Source: a virus
Lineage: Duplodnaviria > Caudoviricetes
IMG/VR virus record: IMGVR_UViG_3300017653_000005
Coordinates: 1 to 44,461 of that record
DNA length: 44,461 bases
Strand: one strand, 5' to 3'
The notes under the pieces were generated by a model. That model was not told the origin of the DNA and did not search any database. It worked only from the letters and a program-made list of their open reading frames with translations. This document shows, in pieces, positions 23,344-33,603 of the stretch. A program made the position numbers and the translations under genes. The stretch's first letter is position 1. Every line of letters starts with the position of its first letter.

Positions 23344-24482
23344 CCCAAGATCTGGACTTGAACGTTGGTGTTTCCGTTGAACGATCCTGTGAGCTGTCCG
23401 GTGCCTGACCCCGACCCGCGAACATAGACCAGGGTTATAAAGTTATACCCCTCCGGTATCGTCGGAGACGGCTCGGTCAAGGCAATTGGGGCAACGGTAT
23501 CCGTGCTAGTCAAACAGGCAGTCCACAGCCAATTAGGAATTTCGGTGCCATTCAGTCCAAGGCGAAACGCATACGTCGTTCCTGCAACAATTTGCGCCCC
23601 ACCAGTCACCGCGGCCAGCGGAACACCGTTTTCCCAACAGATGAAATCCACCTGTAAATTTGGAACCCCGGACGGGCCCGCGCCCATGCTGAAGGCGGTA
23701 ATCAACTGTTTGCGAGTTATTTTCGGTTGGCGGTTGTACCAACTCAGCACATACCTATTTTCGAAGTCATCCTTGAATGCAGGTCCGGCCACAATCCTGG
23801 CCATTCCAACCAGCGTGCGGGTAGCGTCGCCGGTCTTGATCTCCACGCCCGTGGAAGAATCCGCTGAGTGGCCAGTGGTGGACGCTTCCAGGGCAATGGC
23901 CGATCCCGTCCAATAGGCGTAAATGCAATAGGTGGTGGCGACGGAAAGGCCCGTCGCGGCCAACGACACCCCCTCCAACGGAATGGTCCGGTTCGCCCCG
24001 TTGATGTAAAGCTGATTCCCGCCGAATGGAGACAGAACGAGCGAGGCACCAGAAAGAGCCAGGCGGCATTCACCTTTCGGACTGACCATGGCGAGCGCCT
24101 GCCAGTTTGCGGACGGGCCCGCACCAGGGTCAACGGTGTTGTTCTCCACTTGGCTCATGAAGACCGTATTGCCGTCAGAGCTCCTGATCAACGCCCCTTT
24201 CGGATATCCGCCGATCGCCGTGGAAAAGGCAGTGTTGTATTGGTAGAGACCGCCGGCTTGCGCCCACCTGGACGCAGCCGAAACCAAATTCAAAATGCCG
24301 TTAAAGTCGGCACCGGCAGGCGGTATACCTCCCGCCACAATCGGCGTCATGGTAACCGGGGGAAATCCGGTTTCAAGCGACGCCAAGCCCGGAGTGGGAG
24401 ACGCGCTCGTCGGAATGGTGTTCTTGGTGCCGCTGTTCGCGAACGGAACCGGGATAAGGGACGGACTATCGCTAGTTTGCAT
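23340..24482 (-). CDS. Tail fibre / receptor-binding adaptor
   Basis: N-terminus PVPFANSGTKNTIP...GFPPVTMTP..AGGIPP.G.DFNGIL...IGGYPKGA typical of fibres following DUF2612. Confidence 0.85.
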   Translation of the reverse strand: MQTSDSPSLIPVPFANSGTKNTIPTSASPTPGLASLETGFPPVTMTPIVAGGIPPAGADFNGILNLVSAASRWAQAGGLYQYNTAFSTAIGGYPKGALIRSSDGNTVFMSQVENNTVDPGAGPSANWQALAMVSPKGECRLALSGASLVLSPFGGNQLYINGANRTIPLEGVSLAATGLSVATTYCIYAYWTGSAIALEASTTGHSADSSTGVEIKTGDATRTLVGMARIVAGPAFKDDFENRYVLSWYNRQPKITRKQLITAFSMGAGPSGVPNLQVDFICWENGVPLAAVTGGAQIVAGTTYAFRLGLNGTEIPNWLWTACLTSTDTVAPIALTEPSPTIPEGYNFITLVYVRGSGSGTGQLTGSFNGNTNVQVQILG

Positions 24483-25167
24483 TGACGACCTCAGTAAAGA
24501 ATGTTCCTTGGCCGAACGGCGCCATACCGTCGCCGGCCTCCATAAATCCGAATACGTTTGGCGTTGGGATCTCTGCGATCGACACCCCTACCGCCGCTGG
24601 GCGTGGTATTGCGTTCGACTGAGTCAAAATCGCCATTTCGAACGGCAGAAGGAAAAATTCGAAGGTGAACCTCATCCGCATGCCGCCCAGATCACTCACA
24701 TAGCAGCGACCTCGCCCGGCAAACAGGTTCTGCAGGAGCCTGTTAAAACTCGGCGCTGTGCAATCCGAAATATTGGCCAAGGCTTTGACCAGAATCAGCG
24801 TCCGATACGCGTCGTCCGACAGGGTGTATGTTTGGGTGCTTTGCTCACCCACCCAGAATGGGGATTGGCCGAACGGCTGCGGCCCGGTGGCGGCCGTAGG
24901 CGGGGTATATGCCTCTTCATATCCCAGGTAAGTCTCCGTGCCTGGAATCGTCAACCTTCGCCCAACTCCCACAATGCGGCCCCAGATATCAAGGCCAAAC
25001 CCCTGCGCTGTCTCTACGTTCCAGACGAAACCGTAGAAAGCATCGAAATCCGCATCCGGATTGATGTACTCGTCCATGTTGTTGAGCAACTGAACAAGCG
25101 TCGGGCTATTCGCATACTGGCTGATGAGACTACGGGCAACCATTCCAGGCTTGGGTGTCACGCTCAT
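24472..25167 (-). CDS. Baseplate wedge protein (DUF2612)
   Basis: SQYANSP...TAQGFGLDIWGRIVGV...LSDDAYRTLILVKA. Confidence 0.85.
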   Translation of the reverse strand: MSVTPKPGMVARSLISQYANSPTLVQLLNNMDEYINPDADFDAFYGFVWNVETAQGFGLDIWGRIVGVGRRLTIPGTETYLGYEEAYTPPTAATGPQPFGQSPFWVGEQSTQTYTLSDDAYRTLILVKALANISDCTAPSFNRLLQNLFAGRGRCYVSDLGGMRMRFTFEFFLLPFEMAILTQSNAIPRPAAVGVSIAEIPTPNVFGFMEAGDGMAPFGQGTFFTEVVNAN

Positions 25168-26372
25168 ACTAATGTCACCACAATGTCATCGGCCGAAATC
25201 GTCGGTCGACGGTTAATGGGTATCACCACACTCGGTAACGTTGCCGACGACGTCCCTATCAGCAGTGAGAGAATTGACACAGCAGGGCTAACCGCAGACA
25301 CCGGCGCGTAGTAGCGGCTTGCGTAGATCGTTGACCCTATGCGGGCACGTTGACCGCCGTCGGCACCGTTGAAAGCAGCGATGATCGCCTGCTTGGTCAA
25401 ATTCACGACGTCGGACGGCAACGAAGTATTGGCAGCGATCTGCACGGCGAACAGGATGGGCAGTGCGTCTGGCGTTTCCCAGCTCACCACATACTGTGGA
25501 TATGGAAAGGCATACCCATCTTTGTCCTCTATCGTGTAACTGGTGTTGCCGTTGTAATTGGCGCCGACACTTTTCTTGCGCCAGATCGCATCGGCGATCT
25601 TGGACGCCTCGCCACCGACCGCCGCCACCCACAACGAATGCGGCGCCAGGGTCACGCCACCTACCATCAACGGCGCATCTCCAACGTTCTCGGTCGCATA
25701 CACATCGATCACACCATCGATATTGGCAACAGCGGCATACACCGAAGGCAGAGAACCTCGCGCATTCAACGCCACCGATTGCTCACGCCGAGCCTCGAAC
25801 TCGGCGCGCGACTCGACATTGCTGCCGACCGTTCCAGGGTCAGCATTCAAGACCGAGTCCCAGCCCGGGATTGCCTGATAGATCTGGTTCAGCGTGCCGG
25901 CCGCGCAGCTTATGGGGCCGTTGACCGAGCACGAGAACGGCAGATCGATGCTACCCGAAGGGGGGATAACCCCGGCTTGCGTGCAGAGATAGATATTGCC
26001 GTCCACCGCCTGCGCGCGGGCGCCCACTGGGATCGTGACGCCGGTCAAGCCTTTGCAGGTCGCGACTACAGTGGTGGCCGTGCCAGGCTTGCGGTCCAGG
26101 AAATAGATTCGGCCGATGGCGTCCTGCATCCGGCCGGCGGCGAAGGCAGGGTCCACCTGGTTCACATACGAGGCAAACTCGCTGTTCTTGTCACCGATGA
26201 TTGCCGTGGTGGTGCTGGCCAGCTGGCCCTGGGGCGTCTCCAGGTTCTTGTTCAGGCCGCCACCGAAGGCGCTGTCCATGTCCGCCAGCACGCCGGCCAG
26301 GATCTCGGATTCTTGAGGCAATACGAGGCCTTCCGGCGTGAACTGCACGCGCGGTACTTGGGAGGTAGCCAT
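25164..26372 (-). CDS. Baseplate J-like protein
   Basis: TPQGQLA...AAGRMQDAIGRIYFLDR...ESRAEF; synteny. Confidence 0.88.
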   Translation of the reverse strand: MATSQVPRVQFTPEGLVLPQESEILAGVLADMDSAFGGGLNKNLETPQGQLASTTTAIIGDKNSEFASYVNQVDPAFAAGRMQDAIGRIYFLDRKPGTATTVVATCKGLTGVTIPVGARAQAVDGNIYLCTQAGVIPPSGSIDLPFSCSVNGPISCAAGTLNQIYQAIPGWDSVLNADPGTVGSNVESRAEFEARREQSVALNARGSLPSVYAAVANIDGVIDVYATENVGDAPLMVGGVTLAPHSLWVAAVGGEASKIADAIWRKKSVGANYNGNTSYTIEDKDGYAFPYPQYVVSWETPDALPILFAVQIAANTSLPSDVVNLTKQAIIAAFNGADGGQRARIGSTIYASRYYAPVSAVSPAVSILSLLIGTSSATLPSVVIPINRRPTISADDIVVTLV

Positions 26373-26379
26373 GGGGTCC

Positions 26380-26730
26380 CTAGAAAGTGATGGTCGACGT
26401 CGTGCCGTTGGTCAGCGTGACTTCGACATAGCCGCTCAGGCGGCGATTCTCGAATGCGGTGATGGTTGGTACGGCATCGGCCACGTCCGGCACGGTCAAG
26501 GCCGCGGCGCGCAGCCGTTCGCGCACCAGAGCCAGGGGCGGCAACTGGCCCAGCACCTCGGTCCAGTACGGTATGCCCTTGGCCGTGTCATAGAACAGCT
26601 CGCCACGGAACAGCTTGATGGCGCTGGCCACGTCCTGTGCGACCGCGTAGGGATTCGACGCCATCGCGATGTTGCCCGCAGCATCTAAAACCAGGTCCCA
26701 GGCAGTGCGATCGAGTAGCAGCGTATTCAT
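26380..26730 (-). CDS. Baseplate wedge / sheath initiator (gp25-like)
   Basis: WDLVLD..GNIA...AQDVA.AIKLFRGE.FYD...GIPY; synteny. Confidence 0.75.
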   Translation of the reverse strand: MNTLLLDRTAWDLVLDAAGNIAMASNPYAVAQDVASAIKLFRGELFYDTAKGIPYWTEVLGQLPPLALVRERLRAAALTVPDVADAVPTITAFENRRLSGYVEVTLTNGTTSTITF

Positions 26731-27464
26731 GGATTCGGTGTTCCGGTGTTCGAGGGGCCCGTCTGCACGCCCGGGTGGGTATGCGTCGAGCCGACGTCCT
26801 TGCCGTTATTGCGCAACGTGCCGAGCGTTTCCATGTTGCCCTGCCAGGTCGAGGTGCCTCCGTATGAGCCGGCACCCTGTTGAACCGTGCCATTCAGCAC
26901 GATCTGCGGCGAATTCAGGGCGCACTGCTCGCTGGCGTTCACCTCGACGATGGGGGCCACCATAGTCACCCTGGACGGCGACACCACGTTGATACCGCCC
27001 TCGGTGAACTGCACATACTGCACCGGCGCGCCGTTGAGCAGGCCGCCGAAGTAGAGGCCATCGGCCATATCGTGCGTGCGCCATGACCCGGGGTTCGCTT
27101 GCTGCTTGCTGCCCTTGACCGCCGACAGGTCCCGGCTCGCGAATGCCGCCATGCCGATGTCACCGACCTTGGGATCGAGAATCACGGCATCGGTGCCACC
27201 CTGCAGCCGGAAATACGGCAACTGGAACAGCTGGCCATGCGGCACCGCATTCCCGTTTCCGTCCAACTGGTTCACCAGCGGCTGCACGTCGACAAAGCCG
27301 ACCGGCGACACGCCACCGTTGTTCGTCACCGCGATCACGCGCACCAGCGTGCAGGTGTTCAGCCGATTCAACATCTGCGTCACCAGGAAGCTGATGGCGC
27401 CGAAGTCCTGGGAGCCGTCGGCGGCCGCAGCCTGTCCGCGGTACCCGAATTGAGGATCAGCCAT
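26727..27464 (-). CDS. Baseplate central spike (Gp138/gpV-like)
   Basis: VDVQPLV...PKVGDIG OB-fold; C-terminal HTHPGV HxH metal site. Confidence 0.88.
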   Translation of the reverse strand: MADPQFGYRGQAAAADGSQDFGAISFLVTQMLNRLNTCTLVRVIAVTNNGGVSPVGFVDVQPLVNQLDGNGNAVPHGQLFQLPYFRLQGGTDAVILDPKVGDIGMAAFASRDLSAVKGSKQQANPGSWRTHDMADGLYFGGLLNGAPVQYVQFTEGGINVVSPSRVTMVAPIVEVNASEQCALNSPQIVLNGTVQQGAGSYGGTSTWQGNMETLGTLRNNGKDVGSTHTHPGVQTGPSNTGTPNP

Positions 27465-28320
27465 TTACCGGCCTCTGGCACAAGATTCTTGACACCCAGG
27501 CGCCGCCCGGGACCTCCGCCTCGAGCTGATGCACGAGGCTCACTACCGTCCATTCCCCGTGCGCCGCCTCGATGACCGAAATCACCTGCACACGGTTGCC
27601 GAGCCCCAGCTGTGGGGTGTACAGCACGGTGAACTCCACGCCGCCGCCGGTGAAGGTCGGGTAGCCCACCAGGTTGTCGCCCGCCTGGATCAGCACGGGC
27701 TCATCGGCGCGGGCGCCGGCCTGCGGCCAAATTGCAAGAATCCCGCGGTCGATCGTGTAGTTGAAGCGCGCCGCGCGAGCGCAGGCTTTCAGCTGGTCCA
27801 GCGCTGTTCCAGGAAAATATGGGTTCGACAGCGCCACATCCACACCGTTGTTCTGGAAGGCCAGATTCATGGCCTTGGCCAGGTCCTGCGCAACAACCGC
27901 CGCCTGTACCGCTCCCCTGTAACTGCGCGCATTGGTCGGCTTCACTGCCTCGAATGCCGCCGCGAGCGCCACCACATTGAAGACAACCTCGGGCGCCTGG
28001 TTGTAGTCGGCCCAGGCCTGGGAGATCGTTCCCTCATAGACGACGGTCAGCGCGTCGCCACCCACGTCTCCGGCCGCGACCAGGATGCGGTTGTTACGCC
28101 GCTCGGTCAGGATTGGCCCAACCACGGTCAGCTTGTTGATCATGTCCTGCGACAGGCCGAAGATGCGCAGCTGCAGCTGGGCCTGCGCGTCCCCGTTGTA
28201 GGCCACGACAGCCGCCTGAACGCGGTAGCCGGACAGGGTGACAGCGGGGCCGGCATTGTCACCGAACTGACCCTCGGCCAGGTTGATAGTCACGTCGATC
28301 CGGCGTTTCACGAAGCTCAT
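27457..28320 (-). CDS. Baseplate hub protein
   Basis: Synteny; LRIFGLS...LVGYPTF. Confidence 0.78.
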   Translation of the reverse strand: MSFVKRRIDVTINLAEGQFGDNAGPAVTLSGYRVQAAVVAYNGDAQAQLQLRIFGLSQDMINKLTVVGPILTERRNNRILVAAGDVGGDALTVVYEGTISQAWADYNQAPEVVFNVVALAAAFEAVKPTNARSYRGAVQAAVVAQDLAKAMNLAFQNNGVDVALSNPYFPGTALDQLKACARAARFNYTIDRGILAIWPQAGARADEPVLIQAGDNLVGYPTFTGGGVEFTVLYTPQLGLGNRVQVISVIEAAHGEWTVVSLVHQLEAEVPGGAWVSRILCQRPVNG

Positions 28321-28616
28321 AAGTCTGTGCTTTCTCGGTACATCAGCTGGAACCGGCCGCCGAAGCCCGTATAGACGGGGTCATCGCGCCCTTGGGTGTC
28401 GACGAACGTCAGGTCACCCACGAAGCCGCTGTAGGTCTCCCGGATCAGCCAGACGCGGTCATGGCACAGCACGGCCATGGCGACAGGCTCGTGATTCACC
28501 TGCAGGTCGAGGTATACCCCCGTGGACTTCTGGTAGACGCTGACCTGACAGTTCTGGCCACCCAGCACCACGCTGCAGGCCTGCGCCGGCACGGCGCGCA
28601 AAGGGATTTTCCTCAT
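28317..28616 (-). CDS. Small baseplate protein
   Basis: Coupled ORF IPLRAVPAQ...FVGDLTFVDTQG. Confidence 0.75.
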   Translation of the reverse strand: MRKIPLRAVPAQACSVVLGGQNCQVSVYQKSTGVYLDLQVNHEPVAMAVLCHDRVWLIRETYSGFVGDLTFVDTQGRDDPVYTGFGGRFQLMYRESTDL

Positions 28617-29248
28617 TGGAACTCCGTCGTCAGGATCAACGGCTCGCCAGGCTCGGTGCCGAGCGGAAAGCTCTGCACCTGCCCGTTGCTTTGCTCGTTG
28701 GCGCCGTCCGGCTCCGCGGTGCTGTTGAAGGCTGCCTGCGCCGTCTGCCGTACTTCCTCGACATACAGGTCCACGATCAGCTGGCTGGGCCCCGAGCGCG
28801 TGTTCCGCTCGTAGGAATAGGCCACCACGTTGGCCGACGGATAGACGATCTCTGGCGTCACCACCGAGAACAGGTCGACGCTCCCCTTCAACGCCTCCAG
28901 GGTGTTCAGCAGCGCACCGCGCGACGCGGTGTCGCCGCTGAGGGCGAACCGGAGCATGGCGTCGAACGGCGTGTCCACCTTGTTGAACGACGAGAACGAG
29001 CCCTGCTCCACCGGAAAGCTCGAAATCCGCGACCCGTTTCGGAAGCGGATTCCCAGGAAGGTATCGAACAGGAGTACCTGCTGGCCATCCTGGTCATACA
29101 GCCCCCAGCGCGGGATGCCGAAGATCAGCGCGGCGATGGCGCCGAGGCCAAGATTGGCCAGCTCTCCCAGAGATGGAATCGTCAGCCCGCGCAGCACCGC
29201 CGGGACGCCTGGCACCTGCGGCACATTCGGAAATTCGATCAGCGGCAT
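28613..29248 (-). CDS. Baseplate / tail tube initiator (Dit-like)
   Basis: ISSFPVEQGSFSSFNKVDTP; follows the tape measure. Confidence 0.75.
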   Translation of the reverse strand: MPLIEFPNVPQVPGVPAVLRGLTIPSLGELANLGLGAIAALIFGIPRWGLYDQDGQQVLLFDTFLGIRFRNGSRISSFPVEQGSFSSFNKVDTPFDAMLRFALSGDTASRGALLNTLEALKGSVDLFSVVTPEIVYPSANVVAYSYERNTRSGPSQLIVDLYVEEVRQTAQAAFNSTAEPDGANEQSNGQVQSFPLGTEPGEPLILTTEFQ

Positions 29249-31068
29249 CAGAAAGTCCCTGTATTCGCTTGGTTGACCAAGCCCTGGCTCCCACCCAGCG
29301 CGCCCAGGTCGCGGGCAATGCCCTGACCGTCGGTCGCCTGCGTGTGAATCGTCACCGGCCCGTTGATGTTGACCTCGTGATTGTTCTCGGTGTTCAGCGG
29401 CAACGGCTTCGCGCCGGCCTGCGCAATCACCGGCGCAGCTTGGGCAGCCGCAGCGGTCGACGACCCAGCCGCCGCTTCCATGCTGGCGATATGCGCAGCG
29501 CCATACAACGCGCCGGCCGCGGCTGCGCGCCTCTCGGCCTCGCCGTCCTTGTCCTTCGGGCGCTCGTAGTAGCGCGAAACGGCATCGCCGGCCTGCTGCG
29601 GCGTCTTGGCCGCCTGCAGCTTTTCCATGGCCGTGCGCTCCGTGTTGCGCAGCTCCCAGTCCACGAACGCCAACTGCTGGGCCAGCGTCGCATCCTTCAG
29701 ATCGATGCCGAACGCCTTCTTGAAGTCAGCCTGGCGCACGGGATGCCACTGGCCGATGCCAACGGCCTGTCCGTTGTCGCCCACCGCCTTCGGGTTCAGG
29801 TTGCTTTCTGCCATCAGGTTGGCCACGATGCCGGCCGCCTGCTCGCGCGAGTAGCCTTTCCCCTCGAAGAACTTGATTGCGTCCATCGCACCCTTGTTGC
29901 CGCTCTGGTAGGCCGGATTGTTCAGGGCGTCCAACTGGGCGCCCTCGCCCTTATTGAGCGACTTGCTATAGGTGGCCAGGGCAACCCCGCCAGCCACCGT
30001 GGCAATCGTCCCCAGCGCCGCAACGCCGGCCGCGCCCGAGGCTCCACCGATCACCCCCAGCGACGCGCCGATCGACGCCAGCGCGGTCGCCAAGGACGCC
30101 ATGGGCGCCACGATCGACAGCAGCTTCAGGGCCGCCAGGCCGATCAGCACGTTCTTCCATCCACCCACCGCCTGGGCGGCCTGGTCTGCCTTTTCCAGCA
30201 GATTCCCGAGGCCGTCCACCACGCGGTCGACCCACTGCACGATCTGCTGGCGATTTTCCAGGAAGTAGTCGCCGACCTTCTGGGCCGCCTTCAACAGCTT
30301 CTCGAAGGTGGGAATCAGCGCGATCAGCACCTTGGTGCCGACCGATTCGAAGGTGTCGCGAAGATCCAGGTACACGTTGCGCAGCCGCTGGGCGTCCTGC
30401 GCGTCCTTCGACGAGATGGCCGAGCGCTTTTCCTGCGCCAGCACCAGCTGCTGGATTGCAGCCGGCCCCTGCTTGATCAGGTCGAACTGGTCGTCCGAGA
30501 TGCCCATCATCTGGGCGGCCAGCGCGGCGCGGGCCCGGTCGGTCTTGTAGATCTCCGACACGATGCGCGAGCGCGCCAGCAGGTAGCTGTTGCCGTCCTT
30601 CAGGTCCTCGACCTTGCCGCCGAACTGGAAGAACGCCGGCAGGGTCTCGGCGGACATGCCGCGGCGGAATTTCGCCACCTCGCTGGCCGACTGGCGCAAC
30701 TGGGCGGTGATGCCTTCCGCCGAACCGCCGGCACGCTCGGCGGCCCTCTGCCAGGCCTGCAGGCGCTCGGTGCTCATGTCCAGGTTCTTGGACATCTGCC
30801 CGAGGCCGGCGGCGCCGCTGATGGTGTTCGCGGTGAAGTTCTTCAGGCCCATCCCGGCCGTGAACACCGCCAGCAGCGCCAGCGCCTCGTTGCGCATGCG
30901 GCTGAAGAACATGGCCGCCTGCTTACCGTTGGCCTCCATTGTCCGTGCGGCACGGCCGGATTCCTCCGTCGTGTGCTTCAGCGAACGATCGACCTCCGCC
31001 ACGCCTTGCTTGAACCCCTTGGCGTTCAGCTTCAGCTCGACGAACAGGGCATCCAGAATGGTGGCCAT
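29248..31068 (-). CDS. Tape measure protein with phage tail lysozyme domain
   Basis: Ala-rich helical 606 aa; GYSREQAAGIVANLMAESNLNPKAVGDNG..VGIGQW lysozyme motif. Confidence 0.88.
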   Translation of the reverse strand: MATILDALFVELKLNAKGFKQGVAEVDRSLKHTTEESGRAARTMEANGKQAAMFFSRMRNEALALLAVFTAGMGLKNFTANTISGAAGLGQMSKNLDMSTERLQAWQRAAERAGGSAEGITAQLRQSASEVAKFRRGMSAETLPAFFQFGGKVEDLKDGNSYLLARSRIVSEIYKTDRARAALAAQMMGISDDQFDLIKQGPAAIQQLVLAQEKRSAISSKDAQDAQRLRNVYLDLRDTFESVGTKVLIALIPTFEKLLKAAQKVGDYFLENRQQIVQWVDRVVDGLGNLLEKADQAAQAVGGWKNVLIGLAALKLLSIVAPMASLATALASIGASLGVIGGASGAAGVAALGTIATVAGGVALATYSKSLNKGEGAQLDALNNPAYQSGNKGAMDAIKFFEGKGYSREQAAGIVANLMAESNLNPKAVGDNGQAVGIGQWHPVRQADFKKAFGIDLKDATLAQQLAFVDWELRNTERTAMEKLQAAKTPQQAGDAVSRYYERPKDKDGEAERRAAAAGALYGAAHIASMEAAAGSSTAAAAQAAPVIAQAGAKPLPLNTENNHEVNINGPVTIHTQATDGQGIARDLGALGGSQGLVNQANTGTF

Positions 31069-31070
31069 TG

Positions 31071-31307
31071 CTACTTCCTCACTTCGGACAGCACACGCCT
31101 GTTGTGCGCGTCCACCGCGATCACCTCAAGCAGGTTGTAGAGATCCTCGGCCCCGTACACGGTCTGCAGGTCATGCAGCATGTGCGGATGCCGGGAGATG
31201 ACCGCGGCGATGTTGGGCGGCACATTGGCGTAGCTGATCAGCCGGTGGTTGCCGCCGTGCCAGGGCTGGACGCCGAAGTCGATTGGCCGGCGGCTTGCGA
31301 AAAATCC
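31071..31307 (-). CDS. Tail assembly chaperone GT extension (via -1 frameshift)
   Basis: Slippery G GAT TTT at 31307-31301; -1 frame open to 31071, ending DLQTVYGAEDLYNLLEVIAVDAHN. Confidence 0.65.
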   Translation of the reverse strand, partial: GFFASRRPIDFGVQPWHGGNHRLISYANVPPNIAAVISRHPHMLHDLQTVYGAEDLYNLLEVIAVDAHNRRVLSEVRK

Positions 31308-31675
31308 AGGTGCAGCGCCACAATCTCGCGGCGCAGCAGCAGGCGCGTGGCCACTTCCTCGATGTCGTCGTCGTCCAGCCGCCGCGTGCCGGCGCGGCCC
31401 ATGTCCACCTCGACGCACTCCATCATCTTGTCGAAAAGCGGCTTCGCCTGTTCGAACTTCAGGGTTTGGAGCGCCTTCAGGCCGATCGTCGCGAGCCCGG
31501 CCAGACCGGCCTGCGCGATGTTGTCGGGGATTTCTACCCCCGCGTTCATCAGCGCGAACATCGCGCGGCCGGCCCACTCCTCGGCGTCGGTCGCCGACAG
31601 CTCGGTGATCAAGAACACCTTGCCCTTGTCGCGCCCGGGCGCGCTGATGGTGATGGTCTTCTGTTTGCGCGCCAT
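31238..31675 (-). CDS. Tail assembly chaperone
   Basis: GRDKGKVFLITE...DIEEVATRLLLRREIVALHLDF; between tube and TMP. Confidence 0.8.
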   Translation of the reverse strand: MARKQKTITISAPGRDKGKVFLITELSATDAEEWAGRAMFALMNAGVEIPDNIAQAGLAGLATIGLKALQTLKFEQAKPLFDKMMECVEVDMGRAGTRRLDDDDIEEVATRLLLRREIVALHLDFSQAAGQSTSASSPGTAATTG

Positions 31676-31676
31676 A

Positions 31677-32108
31677 TCACACCACCGACGGGCTGACGTT
31701 TTGCCAGGTGATCTGGAACGTCATGGGTTGCAGGATGGCGCGCGCGGTCGGCACCGGCGGCGCCTGGGTCAGCACCCCGCGCTGGAGCGTGTACTTGCGA
31801 TCCAGCGACGGAATGGCCAGCGAGCCGTTGGAGTAAAAGACCTCCCGCGCAGTTTTCATCGCGGCGATCCATACCTCGAAAATGTCCTTCGAAGGCGAAT
31901 CCGCCTGGATTGTGATCGTCTGGATGACAGGCTGCGGCGTGTAGCCGGCGGACATATAGCCATCCACGCCCATCACCGCCTGGGCGAGCTGCACGGCGTC
32001 GAATGCGAAGGCGTCGTCCGTGGCATAGCCCTCGATCTTGCGCGGGGTGGGATAAACACCGCCCACCGCCAGCATGAGGACGGAATTGGCACTGGTCAGA
32101 GTCGTCAT
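31677..32108 (-). CDS. Tail tube protein (DUF3277-like)
   Basis: MGVDG.MSAG motif; follows the sheath. Confidence 0.82.
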   Translation of the reverse strand: MTTLTSANSVLMLAVGGVYPTPRKIEGYATDDAFAFDAVQLAQAVMGVDGYMSAGYTPQPVIQTITIQADSPSKDIFEVWIAAMKTAREVFYSNGSLAIPSLDRKYTLQRGVLTQAPPVPTARAILQPMTFQITWQNVSPSVV

Positions 32109-32120
32109 GATGTGTTGCCC

Positions 32121-33599
32121 TTACAGGACGGCCAACGAGGCCAGGGTGATCTGCTGGACGGAACCGCCGTCCATGTACCAGAACGTCATGGGCGGCGTCT
32201 CGCGCGCCTCGCGCACCTGCGGCGTGGCGTCCTTGATCTGCAAGTACCAGCCACGGGTCTGCAGCGTTTCCGAGATGTCCACGCCGGCCTGGTTGTTCAC
32301 CTGGGCCTTCTGCTGCGCGGACAGCGTCACGCCGGCGCGGATGGCGCCGAAGTTCACCCCCGCGTTGATCGGATCCAGGCAGGCCGCATCGATCAGCGTG
32401 TAGCCGTCCAGGTTGTAGGGGATCGAGTTCACCTGCGTGAGCAGCGTCATCAGCGCCTGCTGGAAGGCCGCGTTGAGCCAGATCTGGTTCACATAGGTGT
32501 CGATCCACTTCCAGTTGCCGCTGATCTGCCCCGGGTAGAAGAAGCGGAACTGGTCGTTGCTGGTGGCGTAGTCGCCGTAGAAGTTGTAACCGTTGTCGAT
32601 CAGCGTCTGCGCGGTCGTGGCGTCGGTCACCGAGAACGTCAGGCCCGACTGGCCCTTGAAAGCCAGCGTGATCCGGCCGTTCGTGCGCTCGAAGTCGATC
32701 GACGCCACGGCGCCCAGGACGAAAGCCGCATGCTGAATGTCCTTGTAGACCGGCACCGAGCCGGAATACTCGTTCGCCGCGATGCGAGCGGCCCAGCTGG
32801 TGGTGCTGCCTTGCTGCGTGGCCGCCACGTCGGTGTCCCAGCCCACATAGACGTAGCGGTTGCCCCGGCTGTTCGTCCAGGCCGAGAAGGCGACCTTGCC
32901 GTCGGTGTCCGGCTCGAACGTGGTCATGAAGGACGCCCAGTTCTGGGTGATGTCCGTGATCGCACTCATGTCCGTGGCCGGCACGCCTGCGGCGGCTCCC
33001 TGCGACAACACCGCGCCCGTGGCCTGCGTCAGCTTCAGGCCGGCCGCGATCGTGCCGCTGCCGTAGCTGATGGTGCTGGCCGCGCCGTCGGTGGCCGAGG
33101 TGATCACGAAGGCCGCGCGCTGCGCATCGTAGGTGCACGAGGCGCCGAACGACGTGAACGCGGCCTGGATGATCGAGGCCGCATTCGAGAAGCTGGTGGC
33201 GGCGGCCAAATCGATGGCGCTGGACGTCTTCGCCGTGCCGTCCACGGTCACGGTCAGAACACCCGTCAGGGCCTGCAGCTGCGCCAGCGTGGTCGAGGCC
33301 ATCGAGCCGCTGCGCACGTAGGCGGCCACGGCCTCGGTAGGATACTGGGCGAACAGCAGGTTGCCCGGCTTGCGCGTCGAGTTGTCGAAGCCGTTGAAGT
33401 AGATGCCGGCCAGCGTCGCCTCGGCCGAGGTGGCGCCGAAGAAGCGCTCGACATCGCGCGCCGTGGCAAAGCTCTGGACGGTGCCAACGGGCACCGCGGT
33501 GTTATCGGTCAGGATCAGGCCGTTCAGGTCGAGCGCCGATCCGCCGGCGCCGATCACGCCAGGGACGACCTGGACGATTTCACTGGCGGGAATGGACAT
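32121..33599 (-). CDS. Tail sheath protein (DUF3383)
   Basis: GGAG RBS; [15 protein letters not shown]...[12 protein letters not shown]; 492 aa. Confidence 0.88.
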   Translation of the reverse strand: MSIPASEIVQVVPGVIGAGGSALDLNGLILTDNTAVPVGTVQSFATARDVERFFGATSAEATLAGIYFNGFDNSTRKPGNLLFAQYPTEAVAAYVRSGSMASTTLAQLQALTGVLTVTVDGTAKTSSAIDLAAATSFSNAASIIQAAFTSFGASCTYDAQRAAFVITSATDGAASTISYGSGTIAAGLKLTQATGAVLSQGAAAGVPATDMSAITDITQNWASFMTTFEPDTDGKVAFSAWTNSRGNRYVYVGWDTDVAATQQGSTTSWAARIAANEYSGSVPVYKDIQHAAFVLGAVASIDFERTNGRITLAFKGQSGLTFSVTDATTAQTLIDNGYNFYGDYATSNDQFRFFYPGQISGNWKWIDTYVNQIWLNAAFQQALMTLLTQVNSIPYNLDGYTLIDAACLDPINAGVNFGAIRAGVTLSAQQKAQVNNQAGVDISETLQTRGWYLQIKDATPQVREARETPPMTFWYMDGGSVQQITLASLAVL

Positions 33600-33603
33600 A
33601 GCT

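Noticed and set aside
23340-24482. Diversity-generating retroelement acting on the tail fibre (as in Bordetella phage BPP-1)
   Set aside because: No reverse transcriptase ORF, and I saw no template/variable repeat pair differing at adenines.
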